Assembly (NCBI GenBank): GCA_017882785.1
Contig: JADGOV010000003.1
Coordinates: 1,076-65,075, forward strand
Direction: 5' to 3'
Source of the DNA: Frankiaceae bacterium
Lineage (GTDB): Bacteria; Actinomycetota; Actinomycetes; JADGOV01
DNA length: 64,000 nucleotides
Below the pieces are notes generated by a model. That model was given only the letters and a program-made list of their open reading frames with translations, did not search any database and was not told where the DNA came from. Positions 1 through 9,921 of this stretch are shown here, piece by piece. Positions within the stretch are counted from its first letter, which is position 1; every line of letters starts with the position of its first letter. Both the position numbers and the translations under genes were made by a program.

Positions 1-149
1 TGGAGGGCGATGTCGTCGAGGTCAGCGACATCTTCATCACCGCGTGCGACAGGCTGGTGCGGGCCGATGGGTTCCCGCCGCATCGCGACCGCTTCGCTGG
101 TGCCGGGTTCGACCTGACCGCACTGCTGTGCGATGAGCAGGCAGCCTGA
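1..149 (+). CDS. Flp pilus assembly ATPase TadA/CpaF, C-terminal fragment (5' end outside window)
   Basis: Frame 3 translation ...EGDVVEVSDIFITACDRLVRADGFPPHRDRFAGAGFDLTALLCDEQAA* looks like a CpaF/TadA C-terminus. It lies directly upstream of tadB/tadC, and its TGA at 147-149 overlaps the tadB ATG. Confidence 0.55.
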   Translation, partial: EGDVVEVSDIFITACDRLVRADGFPPHRDRFAGAGFDLTALLCDEQAA

Positions 150-1012
150 TGGGTGCCGTCGTCGGGCTCGTGTTGGGTCTGGGCCTGCTGTTGATGTGGC
201 GCTCGGGCCCGCGGCGGCCGCGGCAGCGGCCTGGCGCCGGAGGCCGCGGTTGGCACGGACATGCGAGCGAGATTCTCGCCCAGGCCGATCTCGAAGCGGT
301 CACGCCGGCGCAGCTCTTGGCATCTTCCGCCGTGCTGGCCACTGTCGCAGCCTTGGCCAGCCTCGCGGTGTCCCAGTCTCCGACGATCGCGACCTGTTTC
401 GGGGTGTTCACCGCCTGCGGTCCGTGGTCGCTCGTGCGGTTCCGGCAGCGGCAGCGATCGGCGGAACTGCGCAGCCTGTGGCCGGAGGCCGTGGACAACC
501 TCGCTTCCGGAGTGCGCGCCGGCCTCGCGCTGCCCGAGGCCCTCGCGCAGCTGGGCAATCGTGGTCCGGAGCCGCTGCGCCGGCCCTTCCAGGTCTTCGC
601 CGAGGACTACCGGGTCACCGGCCATTTCGGGTGGTCACTGGACCGCCTCAAGGCGCGGCTCGCGGATCCGGTCGGTGACCGGATCGTGGAGTCGCTGCGG
701 CTCGCCCGGGACGTCGGCGGCACTGATCTCGGTGGCCTGCTACGGACCCTCTCGACATTCCTCCGCGACGACGCTCGAACCCGGGCCGAGTTGGAGACCC
801 GCCAGGGCTGGACGGTCAATGCCGCCCGCCTCGCGGTCGCCGCGCCGTGGCTGCTGCTCGCCATCCTGGCGTTGCGGCCGGAGGCTGTCCGGGCCTACAA
901 CACCCCGGCCGGCGCCGTCGTCCTCGCAGTGGGTGGCGGCCTGTCCGTGGTGGCCTACCGCGTCATGAAGCGTATCGCTCGGTTGCCCACGGAGATTCGG
1001 GTGCTCAGGTGA
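149..1012 (+). CDS. tadB: Flp pilus assembly protein TadB (type II secretion system F domain)
   Basis: 287-aa polytopic membrane protein with a GSPII_F-type sequence, followed by a TadC paralog and TadE-like genes. Confidence 0.8.
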   Translation: MGAVVGLVLGLGLLLMWRSGPRRPRQRPGAGGRGWHGHASEILAQADLEAVTPAQLLASSAVLATVAALASLAVSQSPTIATCFGVFTACGPWSLVRFRQRQRSAELRSLWPEAVDNLASGVRAGLALPEALAQLGNRGPEPLRRPFQVFAEDYRVTGHFGWSLDRLKARLADPVGDRIVESLRLARDVGGTDLGGLLRTLSTFLRDDARTRAELETRQGWTVNAARLAVAAPWLLLAILALRPEAVRAYNTPAGAVVLAVGGGLSVVAYRVMKRIARLPTEIRVLR

Positions 1013-1040
1013 GGGCGCCTTCCCGGCTGGCGGCTGGCGG

Positions 1041-1976
1041 GTGAACGCGACCGGAGTCACGGTTGGAATGCTGGCCGGCGCTGGGCTGTGGCTGGCCGTG
1101 TCCGGCGTCCCGTTTCTCCGCCGGCGCCGGCTCGATGACAGGCTCGCGCCCTACCTGCGCGACGCGGCCCGACCCTCTCGGTTGTTGACCGTGGACCGTG
1201 CCGTGACGCCGTTTCCCACCCTTGAAAGGCTCCTACGGCCGCTGCTCGCGGACCTCGTGTCGAAGCTGGACAGACTTGTCGGAGGTCGTACCTCCGTGCG
1301 GCGCCGACTGGATCAGGCCGGGCGGGACCTGACCGTGGATGCCTTCCGGGTGGAACAGCTGGTGTGGGGTGGCATCGGTCTGCTCGTGGGGCTGGCCTTG
1401 GCGCTGGTAGCCCTGAGCCGGCAGTGGCACACCTCGCCGATCGCCCTGACGGTGCTCGCCGGCGTCCTCGCCGTCAGCGGTGTGCTCGGTCGAGATCGCT
1501 GGCTCACCCACCAGGTCCGGGTCCGTGAGGAACGCATGACGGCTGAGTTTCCCACCGTCGCGGAACTGCTGGCCCTCGCTGTCGCCGCCGGGGAGGGTCC
1601 GGTCGGCGCCCTGGAGCGGCTGAGCCGCATCGGGCGCGGGGAACTTCCCGCTGAGTTGGCTCGCGCCCTCGCCCGGTCCCGCGCCGGCGCCACGCTGGCG
1701 GAGGCCCTGGACGGCGTGGCGGCGCGGACGTCGTTGCCCGCGCTGGCCCGCTTCGCCGACGGCGTGGCCATTGCCGTCGAGCGCGGCACTCCGCTGGCCG
1801 AGGTGTTGCGCGCCCAGGCCGGCGACGTGCGGGAGGCCGGGCGCCGGTCATTGATGGAGTCCGGCGGGCGGAAGGAGATCGCCATGATGGTCCCGGTCGT
1901 CTTTCTCGTCTTGCCGATCACCGTGCTCTTTGCCCTCTTCCCCGGCTTCTACGGCTTCACGTTGACCACGGTGTAG
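1041..1976 (+). CDS. tadC: Flp pilus assembly protein TadC (type II secretion system F domain)
   Basis: 311 aa, second GSPII_F-like membrane protein. The C-terminal ...LVLPITVLFALFPGFYGF segment is typical of TadC. Confidence 0.8.
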   Translation: MNATGVTVGMLAGAGLWLAVSGVPFLRRRRLDDRLAPYLRDAARPSRLLTVDRAVTPFPTLERLLRPLLADLVSKLDRLVGGRTSVRRRLDQAGRDLTVDAFRVEQLVWGGIGLLVGLALALVALSRQWHTSPIALTVLAGVLAVSGVLGRDRWLTHQVRVREERMTAEFPTVAELLALAVAAGEGPVGALERLSRIGRGELPAELARALARSRAGATLAEALDGVAARTSLPALARFADGVAIAVERGTPLAEVLRAQAGDVREAGRRSLMESGGRKEIAMMVPVVFLVLPITVLFALFPGFYGFTLTTV

Positions 1977-2029
1977 CTGCCGTCCGTTCCCCACCGCCAT
2001 GAGTACCCGCCGAGCCAAGGAGCTTTGTC

Positions 2030-2233
2030 ATGGACCTGCTGCGACCCGCCCTCGACCTGCTACTGCGGATGCATATCCGGATCACCGTCGGCGGCCGCGA
2101 CCGCGGCGACGTACCGGGCTGGGTTCTGATCACTCTCATGACGGCCGGTCTGGTGGCCGCGCTGTGGGCCATCGCCGGTCCGAAACTCGAGCAGATCCTC
2201 AACGACGCGTTGTCGACGGTCAAGGGGCCGTGA
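2030..2233 (+). CDS. DUF4244-family small membrane protein (tad-locus associated)
   Basis: 67 aa with a single hydrophobic helix (VLITLMTAGLVAALWAIAG), in the conserved position after tadC in actinobacterial tad loci. Its stop overlaps the next start (GTGA). Confidence 0.55.
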   Translation: MDLLRPALDLLLRMHIRITVGGRDRGDVPGWVLITLMTAGLVAALWAIAGPKLEQILNDALSTVKGP

Positions 2234-2643
2234 CCAGGGTGGCGGTCGATCCGCATGGCCGGCCGCCCGGTCGTCGTGACGCCGGGGCGGCGGCGGTGGA
2301 GTTCGTCCTCGTCGGTGTGCTGTTGACGGCATTGTTCCTGGCCATCGTGCAGTTGGGGATGGATCTGCATGTTCGCAACGTGCTGGTGGCCAGTGCGAGT
2401 GAGGGCGCGCGGTATGGGGCAAACGCCAACCGGGTGCCGGCGGAGGGCGCGGATCGGGCCCGGGAGCTCATCGGTGAGGCGCTGTCTGCCCGGTTCGCCG
2501 GCGACGTCTCCGCCGGTACGGAGGTGGTCGACGGCGCGGAGACGGTGGTCGTTCGTGTGCGCGCTCCGCTGCCGGTCTTTGCCTGGTACGGACCGGGGGG
2601 CACGCTGCGCGTGTCCGGGCATGCGTTGCGGGAGGGTGTGTGA
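2230..2643 (+). CDS. TadE-like pilus assembly/pseudopilin protein
   Basis: N-terminal motif AVEFVLVGVLLTALFLAIVQLG (TadE-like, class III signal-peptide-like). GTG start overlaps the upstream stop; the ORF-track frame is trimmed to the first in-frame GTG at the junction. Confidence 0.7.
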   Translation: MTRVAVDPHGRPPGRRDAGAAAVEFVLVGVLLTALFLAIVQLGMDLHVRNVLVASASEGARYGANANRVPAEGADRARELIGEALSARFAGDVSAGTEVVDGAETVVVRVRAPLPVFAWYGPGGTLRVSGHALREGV

Positions 2644-3125
2644 CCGGGTGTGCCATTCGGGGCAGCTCGCGGGTTCTCTGCCGGGTTGGCCGCCTGCATT
2701 GTGGAGGTGACAGCGGAACCGCGGTGGTGGAGTTCGTGTTTCTCGCCGTGCTGTTGCTCGTGCCGTTGTCCTACATCGTGCTGGCCGTCTTCAGTGTGCA
2801 GCGGGCTGCGTTCGCGGTGACCGCCGCGACGCGGGAGGCCGGCCGCGCGTACGTCACCACGACCGACGGTGACCCGATGGCCCGAGCGCAGGCCGCTGCC
2901 GCGTTGGCGTTGCGTGATCAAGGGCTGAATCTCCCCGCGGGTGGCGTACGGGTGAGCTGTGATGGGGACTGCACAAGCCCCGGTACCGCGGTGCACATGT
3001 CGTTGGACTACACCGTCGCCTTGCCGATGGTGCCCCGGGCGCTCGGCGGTCATCCCATCGGTGCCATGGCGGTCCGGGGTCGACACACCGAGTGGGTCGA
3101 CGAGTTCCGGCCGGCGCTGCCGTGA
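2640..3125 (+). CDS. TadE-like pilus assembly/pseudopilin protein
   Basis: N-terminal GDSGTAVVEFVFLAVLLLVPLSYIVLAVF is a TadE-type motif. GTGA overlap with the upstream gene. Confidence 0.7.
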   Translation: MTGCAIRGSSRVLCRVGRLHCGGDSGTAVVEFVFLAVLLLVPLSYIVLAVFSVQRAAFAVTAATREAGRAYVTTTDGDPMARAQAAAALALRDQGLNLPAGGVRVSCDGDCTSPGTAVHMSLDYTVALPMVPRALGGHPIGAMAVRGRHTEWVDEFRPALP

Positions 3126-3631
3126 CGGACGTGCCACTGCGAGGCCGCCAAGACGACCCTTCAACCTTGGGGGGGCAAGGCCTGGACCGTGACCGGGGGG
3201 CCATTCTGCTGCTCACTATCGGTTACGTGCTCATCGCGGTGACACTGGTGATTGTCGTCGTCGACGTCTCAGCGTTCTTCCTGAGCCGTAGGGCCCTCGC
3301 CGCGCTCGCCGACGGCGCCGCTGTCGCCGGCACGTCTGCGGAGGACGGCCGCCGGCTCTACGGGTCCGGCCCGGGTGCGCAGCTGCCGCTCGACGCTCTC
3401 GGGGTGCGATCGGCGGTCAGTGACTACCTGATCGACCGGGATGCGGGTACGGCGTATCCCCATCTGCAGGTGCGCGAGGTGACCACGGACGGCGGCACGG
3501 TCAGCGTCGTCCTCACCGAGGACAAGCCGCTGCCGTTCCTGTCGGTGGTCAACTCGATCACCGGCACCTTCCCCGGTGGCACCGCGCAGATCCTTGTGGC
3601 CGCGCACGCCCGCGCGCCGATCACGCCATAG
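3122..3631 (+). CDS. TadG/Rv3654c-like pilus biogenesis protein
   Basis: N-terminal hydrophobic helix (ILLLTIGYVLIAVTLVIVVVDV), third pseudopilin-like gene of the locus. The start was chosen at GTG 3122, which overlaps the TGA of the previous gene; the ORF track begins at 3092. Confidence 0.6.
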   Translation: MTDVPLRGRQDDPSTLGGQGLDRDRGAILLLTIGYVLIAVTLVIVVVDVSAFFLSRRALAALADGAAVAGTSAEDGRRLYGSGPGAQLPLDALGVRSAVSDYLIDRDAGTAYPHLQVREVTTDGGTVSVVLTEDKPLPFLSVVNSITGTFPGGTAQILVAAHARAPITP

Positions 3632-3724
3632 GAAAGCCGCACGCGGTGCTGACGGGGCCGGTCGAGCCTCGGCAGCGGCGCGTCCTTCGCGGCCAGATCC
3701 GAGGCGGGCCGATACCGTGGGCTC

Positions 3725-4564
3725 ATGGCATGGCAGCGGTCGCTCAACACCGCGCTGGAACGTACACTCGGCTATCGAGTCGTCAGGCCAGGCTCGAACC
3801 GGGGTTCGGTTCCGGGACGCCGGCCTGCTGCGGGACCCTCCTCGACTTCTGCCGGCGCGCCGCCGGCCCAGCCGGCTGTCCGGTTTCCGGCCGACTACGA
3901 TGACGAGGCGCGATCGATCATCACCGCGGTGAAGCCGTGGACCATGACGTCACCGGAGCGGTTGAACGCGCTGATCCTGGCCACCCGCTATGTCAGCCGC
4001 TATGGCATCCCCGGCGACGTCGTGGAGTGTGGCGTCTGGCGCGGCGGCAGTATGCAGGCCGTGGCTCTTACGTTACTTGCCGCGACGGAGAACACTCGTG
4101 ACCTTTATCTCTTCGACACCTACGAGGGCATGCCGCCACCGGGTGAGGAGGACAAGAGGCGCGACGGCGCTAGTGCCGCCGACCTGCTGAAGACCGCGCA
4201 CCGCGGAGCCGGCATCTGGGCCGTGGCCACATTGGAGGACGTGCGTGCCGGGCTCGAGCAGATTCCGTACCCGACAGAGCGAATCCACTTCGTCAAGGGA
4301 CTCGTGCAGGACACCGTGCCAGTGCAGGCACCGGAGCGCATCGCGATTCTGCGCCTGGACACCGACTGGTACGCCTCGACAAAGCACGAGCTGACGACGC
4401 TGTACCCGAGGCTGAGCCCGGGGGGCGTGCTGCTGATCGACGACTATGGCTGGTGGCAGGGTTCGCGGCAGGCGGTGGATGAGTTTCTGCGTGAGACCGG
4501 CGCCCGGCTGCTGCTATTGCGGATGGACGAGGGGCGGATCGCGGTCAAGCCGGCGGTGGGGTGA
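3725..4564 (+). CDS. TylF/MycF-family SAM-dependent sugar O-methyltransferase (macrocin-O-methyltransferase-like)
   Basis: Motifs TMTSPERLNAL, ECGVWRGGS, LDTDWYASTK and LLIDDYGWW are characteristic of the TylF/NovP family. Confidence 0.8.
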   Translation: MAWQRSLNTALERTLGYRVVRPGSNRGSVPGRRPAAGPSSTSAGAPPAQPAVRFPADYDDEARSIITAVKPWTMTSPERLNALILATRYVSRYGIPGDVVECGVWRGGSMQAVALTLLAATENTRDLYLFDTYEGMPPPGEEDKRRDGASAADLLKTAHRGAGIWAVATLEDVRAGLEQIPYPTERIHFVKGLVQDTVPVQAPERIAILRLDTDWYASTKHELTTLYPRLSPGGVLLIDDYGWWQGSRQAVDEFLRETGARLLLLRMDEGRIAVKPAVG

Positions 4565-4567
4565 CGC

Positions 4568-5785
4568 TCACCGTTCGACGAGGTCGAAGACCTCGTGCCA
4601 CTGCCGCAGGATCTCCACCGGAGCGAACCGGCGGATGTTCCGCCGCGCCGCCGCCCCCATCCGCTGCCGCAGGTCCGCGTCCTCGATCAAGCGGCAGATT
4701 GCCCCGGCCAGCGCCGCGGTGTCCCGAGGTGGGACCACCAGGCCGTCGGCGCCGTCGGCGATGATTTCGCGGATGCCGGGTGCGCAGTCGAAACTGACGC
4801 ACGGCACCCCGCAGGCCATGGCCTCGGCGAGAACCAGCGGCAGTCCCTCGAAGTCCGAGGACATCGCGAAGATGGAGCTGGCCAGCAGCCGAGCCTGGAC
4901 CTCGGTCGTCGGGCCGCCGACGGAGACCGCCGCGCCGAGCCCGAGCGCGTCGACCTGCTCGCGCAGGGCCGACTGCAGGGGGCCCTCACCGACCAGCTGC
5001 AACCGCCAGTCCGGGTGCCGGCGCCACACCAGGGCGAAGGCGTCGATCAGAGCACGCTGATTCTTCTGCTCGTGGTAGCGACCCACGTTGATCACGGTCT
5101 TGGCGGACAGATCCGATCGCCGGTCCGGATACATCGTGAGCGGGTTGTGCAGCACGCCGACGTTGTTGAACCCCTCCCGTTCGAACATGTCGGCGTCGTG
5201 CTGGGTGAGGAGTAGGAATAGGTCGACGTCGCGGTACGTACGACGCATGCGCGTGTAGCGAGCAGAACCGCGCGACGCCGGTGTCAGTCCTCGGGATGCC
5301 TCGTACGACTCGTGGCTCTGCGTGATCACTCGCAGGTGGCTCGTGTCCGCCTCGTGCACCCAGTCCATGGCGAAGGCCTGGGTACAGATCACGATGCCGT
5401 CCGGCACGGACCTGAAGCGCTCAGACAGCCGGTCGACTGCTGCCCGGCGCAGTCGTCGGCGGTGGCGTTCCCGGCGCCGGGACCGCAGGTTGAGCCGATC
5501 CCGCAGCGTTCTCGGCCGCCACGCCGGCGGAGCGGGCTGGCCGTAGAGCACGGTGGTCCGGTAGGTGTCGCCGGGCGCGTAGGACAGTGCGCTCGGGTGC
5601 GGCATGATGCCGATGAGTTCCACGTTGTGACCGGCCGCGGCGAAGGTGGCGGCCAGGTTGTGGGCCACCCGCTGCAGGCCGCCCATTTCCTCGAGATTGT
5701 TCGCCACCAGGAACAGGTTGCGCCGCCGCCCCCCGACGGCCATGGTCGGTGCGCCAGTCTCCTCAGCGGTCGCCTGAGCCGTCAT
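4568..5785 (-). CDS. Glycosyltransferase family 4 (GT-B, retaining)
   Basis: C-terminal EGLPLVLAEAMACGVPCVSFDCAPGIREII is a GT4 signature. ATGA overlap with the upstream GT2-TagF gene. Confidence 0.85.
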   Translation of the reverse strand: MTAQATAEETGAPTMAVGGRRRNLFLVANNLEEMGGLQRVAHNLAATFAAAGHNVELIGIMPHPSALSYAPGDTYRTTVLYGQPAPPAWRPRTLRDRLNLRSRRRERHRRRLRRAAVDRLSERFRSVPDGIVICTQAFAMDWVHEADTSHLRVITQSHESYEASRGLTPASRGSARYTRMRRTYRDVDLFLLLTQHDADMFEREGFNNVGVLHNPLTMYPDRRSDLSAKTVINVGRYHEQKNQRALIDAFALVWRRHPDWRLQLVGEGPLQSALREQVDALGLGAAVSVGGPTTEVQARLLASSIFAMSSDFEGLPLVLAEAMACGVPCVSFDCAPGIREIIADGADGLVVPPRDTAALAGAICRLIEDADLRQRMGAAARRNIRRFAPVEILRQWHEVFDLVER

Positions 5786-8619
5786 GCCCGCGGTCCAGGC
5801 AGGTACTGGCGCACGATCGTGGTGCTCGCGGTCCCCGTGTCGTACTGGCAGAACCGGGCGTGGAACTGCTCGTACCGCTCACGGAAGCGGATCTGGATGT
5901 CGTCCAGGTTCCGCAGGCAGTCGATGACCTCGGCTGTAGTGGCCACCTGCGGACCGGGGACCGTGCTGGCCAGGTCGAAGTAGGTGCCCCGGGTGCGCAG
6001 GTAGTCCTCGTAATCGTAGGTAAAGAAGATCATCGGCCGGCGCAGGTTGGCGTAGTCGAACAGGATCGAGGAGTAGTCGGTGATGAGGACGTCGGAGGCG
6101 AGCATCAACTCGGTGACGTCGTGGTGCTTGGACAGGTTGGCCGCCAACGGCCGGTGCGTCGCGGGGATAGAGACCCGGTCGAGGTAATGCGTGCGGATGA
6201 GGAAGTAGTACTCCTCGCCCAGGGCCTCCGCGAGGGCCTGCAGGTCCAGTCTGAGCTGGAACCGGGCGCGGATGTGGTGCTGGGTGTCCCGAAACGTCGG
6301 CGCGTAGAGAACGATCTTACGGTTGTCCGGCAGGTGCAGCCGCTCTCGGAGTTCTTTGACGGTCCCGGGATCATTCCCCGTGACCAACGGGTCGTTGCGC
6401 GGGTAGCCGACCCGCAGCAGCGGCCCAGAGTAGCGGTAGGCCCGGACGAACGTGTCGATGAAGTAGTCACTCGGCACCACCAGGGCATCCCAGCGTTCGA
6501 TCATCGCCGCGTGCTCCCGCTGCTGCGCCGGTGGCAGAGCCGCCAATCCGGGCTCGTCGAAGCCCATGGTCTTCAGCGGCGTTCCATGCCAGGTCTGTAG
6601 GTAGGTGGTGCCAGCCCGTTTGCGGAACTGGCGGGGGAAGCCCTGGTTGTCGACCCAGAACTCGGCGCGGGCCAGCTCGTAGTAGTAACGCCAGCTCTCC
6701 CGACGGACCAGCACGGCTTCCGTCGGCCACGCCGCGGGATTGCCGGTGTAGGACCACACCGCCCGGTACCCGCCACCGGCCGCGACCATCGCCTGGTAGA
6801 TGTACTTCGGGCTGTCGCTGTACTGCTTGCCGAGGTGGCTCTCGAAGACGACTGTGCCTTTCCTCACCGGCAACCGCCCGGCGAGGCGGTAGAACTTGGT
6901 CTTGGTCTCCTTGCCGCGCAGCCTGGTGCGGATCTGGGCTGCCAGTACGACGGCACGGGTGCGGCGCAGTCGACGCAGCGCCCGGGCGGCGCCGACCCCG
7001 GCCCGGCTGGTGTTGACCAGTCGCAGCGCGAGGTTGCCGATGCCGGTGGTGTGGCATTCCAACCGGTTGCCGAGGAGCACCGACCGTCTCGGATGCACCA
7101 CGAGGCGGGCCCCGTCCACGCCGAGTGTCAGCACGTTCACGGGTGCGGACACACTCTCCGCGCCTCGGGTGACACGGACGCTGACATCCCAGATCGGCTG
7201 CCGCGTCGTGGTCACGATGACGGTCCGATCTACGTCCGCGGCGGTCGACCAGCGCAATCGGGCACCGTCAAGCTGCCACTGGGTCACCGGGACCGTGTGC
7301 TGCCGCCCGCTCTTGCGGTTGCGGAAGACCAGCCACAGGTCGAGGCGGTCAGCCGCGGTGAGGCGGTTCAGTGGCACCGTGATGACGCCGCCCAGGGCCA
7401 GCGTGGACCCCCTGACATCCCATTGGGTGCCGCGGTTGTAGAGCACGAGGCGGTCCAGCGGCAGGTGCTGCAACCCGAGTGCAGTGATGTCGAGGACACT
7501 GCGCCCGTCGGGTGTGTCGAGGTATTTCCGCGTCCAGTAAACTCTGCCGCCCTCCCGGTAGAGGTCGGTGGACAGGGTGCCCTTGCGTTGCAGGTAGTCG
7601 ACTACCTTGAGGGTCTCCGTCAGGTCGCCCTGCAGGATCATGAAGGCGCCGATGCGCTCCACTGTGCCGCTGATCTGCAGCGCTCTCGGATCGACGGTCC
7701 GCAGGTAGTCCCTGGCCATGTCCAGGAACTCGCGCTGGTAGTCCGGGTCGCGTTTGGCGAGGTCGTTGAGGTAGAGCCGCAGGTCGTGCCGGATGAACTT
7801 CCGATCCTTGACGATCTCCAGTTGCTCCAGACCGCGGGCTTCCAGGTAGGCGTCGATCTTGCGGTGGATGGCCAGCCGGTCCCGGAAGTTGGTGATCTCC
7901 GCTCGTCGGTTGCTGATCGAAGGCTCGTCCGCGCGATCCACGAAGTTCCAGCGGTAGACGAGGTTCGGAATGACGGCGATGCGGCGCGCGGTGCAGTACA
8001 CCTCGGTGGTGAACAGCAGATCCTCGTAGTGGTAACCCTCCGGGAACCGAAGCCCGTTGTCGTCGAGGAAGTCGCGCCGGTAGAGCTTGTTGGTCGAGGT
8101 CGTGTCGTAGAGCTGGTCCGGAAAGGCCTCGATCCCCTCATACACCGCTCGCTGCCGATAGAGGACCCCCCACCACGGCCGGCTCGCGCCGGTGGTCAGG
8201 TTGACCCGGTGGCAGAGCCCGGAGACCACATCGGCCCCGGTGCGCTCGGCGGCGACCAGCAGGTTCTTGCAGGCGTGCCGCTCGAAGGTGTCGTCGCTGT
8301 CCAGGAACATCACATGGGGTGCCCGGGCCCGGTCCAGGCCGACGTTGCGCGGCCGACTGCAGCCGCCGGAGTTGACCGGCAGGTGAACGGCCCGGACCCG
8401 GTCGCGGCTGGCGGCCAGCCCATCGGCCACCTGCGGGGTCGAGTCGGTCGAGGCGTCGTCGATGATGAGCACCTCGAGGTTGTGCAACGTCTGGGTGAGT
8501 ACCGACTCGACCGCCGTCGGCAGGTTCGCCGCATCGTTGTAGGCGATGACGATGACGGTGACGTCGGGCACGCGGTCCGGAGCGGGCCGTCCCCCTGTCG
8601 GGGCGGTACGGTCTGTCAT
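5782..8619 (-). CDS. Bifunctional glycosyltransferase family 2 / CDP-glycerol glycerophosphotransferase (TagF/TarL-like) protein
   Basis: The N-terminal GT2 domain has VTVIVIAYND...LIIDDASTD...FLDSDD. The C-terminal TagF domain has QTWHGTPLK, LYAPTFRD, ITDYSSILFDYANLRRPMIFFTYDYEDY. The start was trimmed to the ATG at 8619 (MTDRTAP...); the 132 codons upstream in the ORF track are Gly/Arg-rich filler. Confidence 0.8.
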   Translation of the reverse strand: MTDRTAPTGGRPAPDRVPDVTVIVIAYNDAANLPTAVESVLTQTLHNLEVLIIDDASTDSTPQVADGLAASRDRVRAVHLPVNSGGCSRPRNVGLDRARAPHVMFLDSDDTFERHACKNLLVAAERTGADVVSGLCHRVNLTTGASRPWWGVLYRQRAVYEGIEAFPDQLYDTTSTNKLYRRDFLDDNGLRFPEGYHYEDLLFTTEVYCTARRIAVIPNLVYRWNFVDRADEPSISNRRAEITNFRDRLAIHRKIDAYLEARGLEQLEIVKDRKFIRHDLRLYLNDLAKRDPDYQREFLDMARDYLRTVDPRALQISGTVERIGAFMILQGDLTETLKVVDYLQRKGTLSTDLYREGGRVYWTRKYLDTPDGRSVLDITALGLQHLPLDRLVLYNRGTQWDVRGSTLALGGVITVPLNRLTAADRLDLWLVFRNRKSGRQHTVPVTQWQLDGARLRWSTAADVDRTVIVTTTRQPIWDVSVRVTRGAESVSAPVNVLTLGVDGARLVVHPRRSVLLGNRLECHTTGIGNLALRLVNTSRAGVGAARALRRLRRTRAVVLAAQIRTRLRGKETKTKFYRLAGRLPVRKGTVVFESHLGKQYSDSPKYIYQAMVAAGGGYRAVWSYTGNPAAWPTEAVLVRRESWRYYYELARAEFWVDNQGFPRQFRKRAGTTYLQTWHGTPLKTMGFDEPGLAALPPAQQREHAAMIERWDALVVPSDYFIDTFVRAYRYSGPLLRVGYPRNDPLVTGNDPGTVKELRERLHLPDNRKIVLYAPTFRDTQHHIRARFQLRLDLQALAEALGEEYYFLIRTHYLDRVSIPATHRPLAANLSKHHDVTELMLASDVLITDYSSILFDYANLRRPMIFFTYDYEDYLRTRGTYFDLASTVPGPQVATTAEVIDCLRNLDDIQIRFRERYEQFHARFCQYDTGTASTTIVRQYLPGPRA

Positions 8620-8796
8620 CGACCGCCCGGGACGCCACTCACCGCTACCTCCCGATCCGCCCTGAGGCGCTGACCTGCCACCACCCCGTGCTGGGGCGGT
8701 GCAGGGATGCCGGTATGCCCGCCCCGGCGCCCGGCCGGTGGGCTGACAGCGCCACTGAGCGTACTGGTTGGGCCGATCGTCCGTAGGCTGTCGGCT

Positions 8797-9921
8797 GTGA
8801 GCGGTCCCGTGGTTGGCATGATCGGCGGTGGCCAGCTGGCTCGGATGACCGCGCAAGCCGCCATCGCCCTCGGCGTCGAGCTGCGGGTGCTGGCGTCGTC
8901 CCCGGACGATGCGGCCGCCCGGGTGTCGCCGACCGTGATCGGTGACTACCGATCGCTGCCGGATGTGGTGGCGTTCGCCGATCGGTGTGACGTGCTGACG
9001 TTCGACCACGAGCACGTACCGCTCGAACTCCTACGGACCCTGGCGCAGATGGGCCACGGCCTTCATCCCGCCCCGGAGGCCCTGCGGTTCGCCCAGGACA
9101 AGTGGGCGATGCGCGAGCGGCTCCAGCACGCCGGTATCCCGGTGCCCGCATGGCGGGTGGTGACCAGCGCGGTCTCGGTGTCCGACTTCGCCGCCGAGCA
9201 TGGCTGGCCCGTGGTCGCCAAGAGGATCCTTGGCGGCTACGACGGCCGTGGGGTCTGGGTGCTGCCGGACGCCGCGGGCGTGACCGGTCTGCTCGCCGGC
9301 TCGCCGGAGGAGGCCCTGCTGGTGGAGGAGTTCGTCCCGCTGCGCCGGGAGTTGGCTGCACTCCTCGCCCGTTCCCCGAACGGCGAGGTCCGCGCGTGGC
9401 CGCTGGTGGAGACGGTGCAGCGCAACGGGATCTGCGTGGAAACTCTCGCTCCGGCCGACGATCCGCCGGCGTCCGCGGTGCCTATCGCTGTCCAGATCGC
9501 CGCGTTGCTGGAGGTGACCGGCGTGCTGGCGGTGGAGCTGTTCGAACGCGCCGACGGGACGGTCGCGGTCAACGAACTGGCGATGCGGCCGCACAATTCG
9601 GGGCACTGGACGATCGAGGGTGCGCGGACGTCGCAGTTCGAACAGCACCTGCGCGCGGTGCTGGACTGGCCGTTGGGCGACACGACGGCGACCGCGCCCG
9701 TGGTCGCAACAGCCAACGTGCTGGGCAGCGGCGATGGGCCGCTGGGCGGTCGACTACCGGGCGTCCTGGCTGTCGACCCGGCGTTGAAGGTGCATCTCTA
9801 CGGCAAGGAACCGCGGGTCGGCCGGAAGCTGGGACACGTCAGCGCGCTCGGTGCCGGGGCGGCCGCCGCGCGACGCCGGGCCAGCGCGGGCGCAGTTGCC
9901 CTGAGCGGGGCGTCGGTATGA
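8797..9921 (+). CDS. purK: N5-carboxyaminoimidazole ribonucleotide synthase
   Basis: ATP-grasp motifs [10 protein letters not shown]...FDHEHVP...[10 protein letters not shown]. The start was taken at GTG 8797; the ORF-track N-extension is implausible. Confidence 0.85.
   Translation: MSGPVVGMIGGGQLARMTAQAAIALGVELRVLASSPDDAAARVSPTVIGDYRSLPDVVAFADRCDVLTFDHEHVPLELLRTLAQMGHGLHPAPEALRFAQDKWAMRERLQHAGIPVPAWRVVTSAVSVSDFAAEHGWPVVAKRILGGYDGRGVWVLPDAAGVTGLLAGSPEEALLVEEFVPLRRELAALLARSPNGEVRAWPLVETVQRNGICVETLAPADDPPASAVPIAVQIAALLEVTGVLAVELFERADGTVAVNELAMRPHNSGHWTIEGARTSQFEQHLRAVLDWPLGDTTATAPVVATANVLGSGDGPLGGRLPGVLAVDPALKVHLYGKEPRVGRKLGHVSALGAGAAAARRRASAGAVALSGASV

Noticed and set aside
4559-4571. 5-bp hairpin GGTGA-CGC-TCACC between convergent O-methyltransferase and GT4 stops
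   Set aside because: The stem is too short and weak to call a bidirectional terminator.
6835-8673. 612-aa ORF on the plus strand
   Set aside because: It is entirely antisense to the GT2-TagF gene. It is Gly/Arg/Pro/Val-rich with no motif, which is the typical long antisense ORF of >70% GC DNA.
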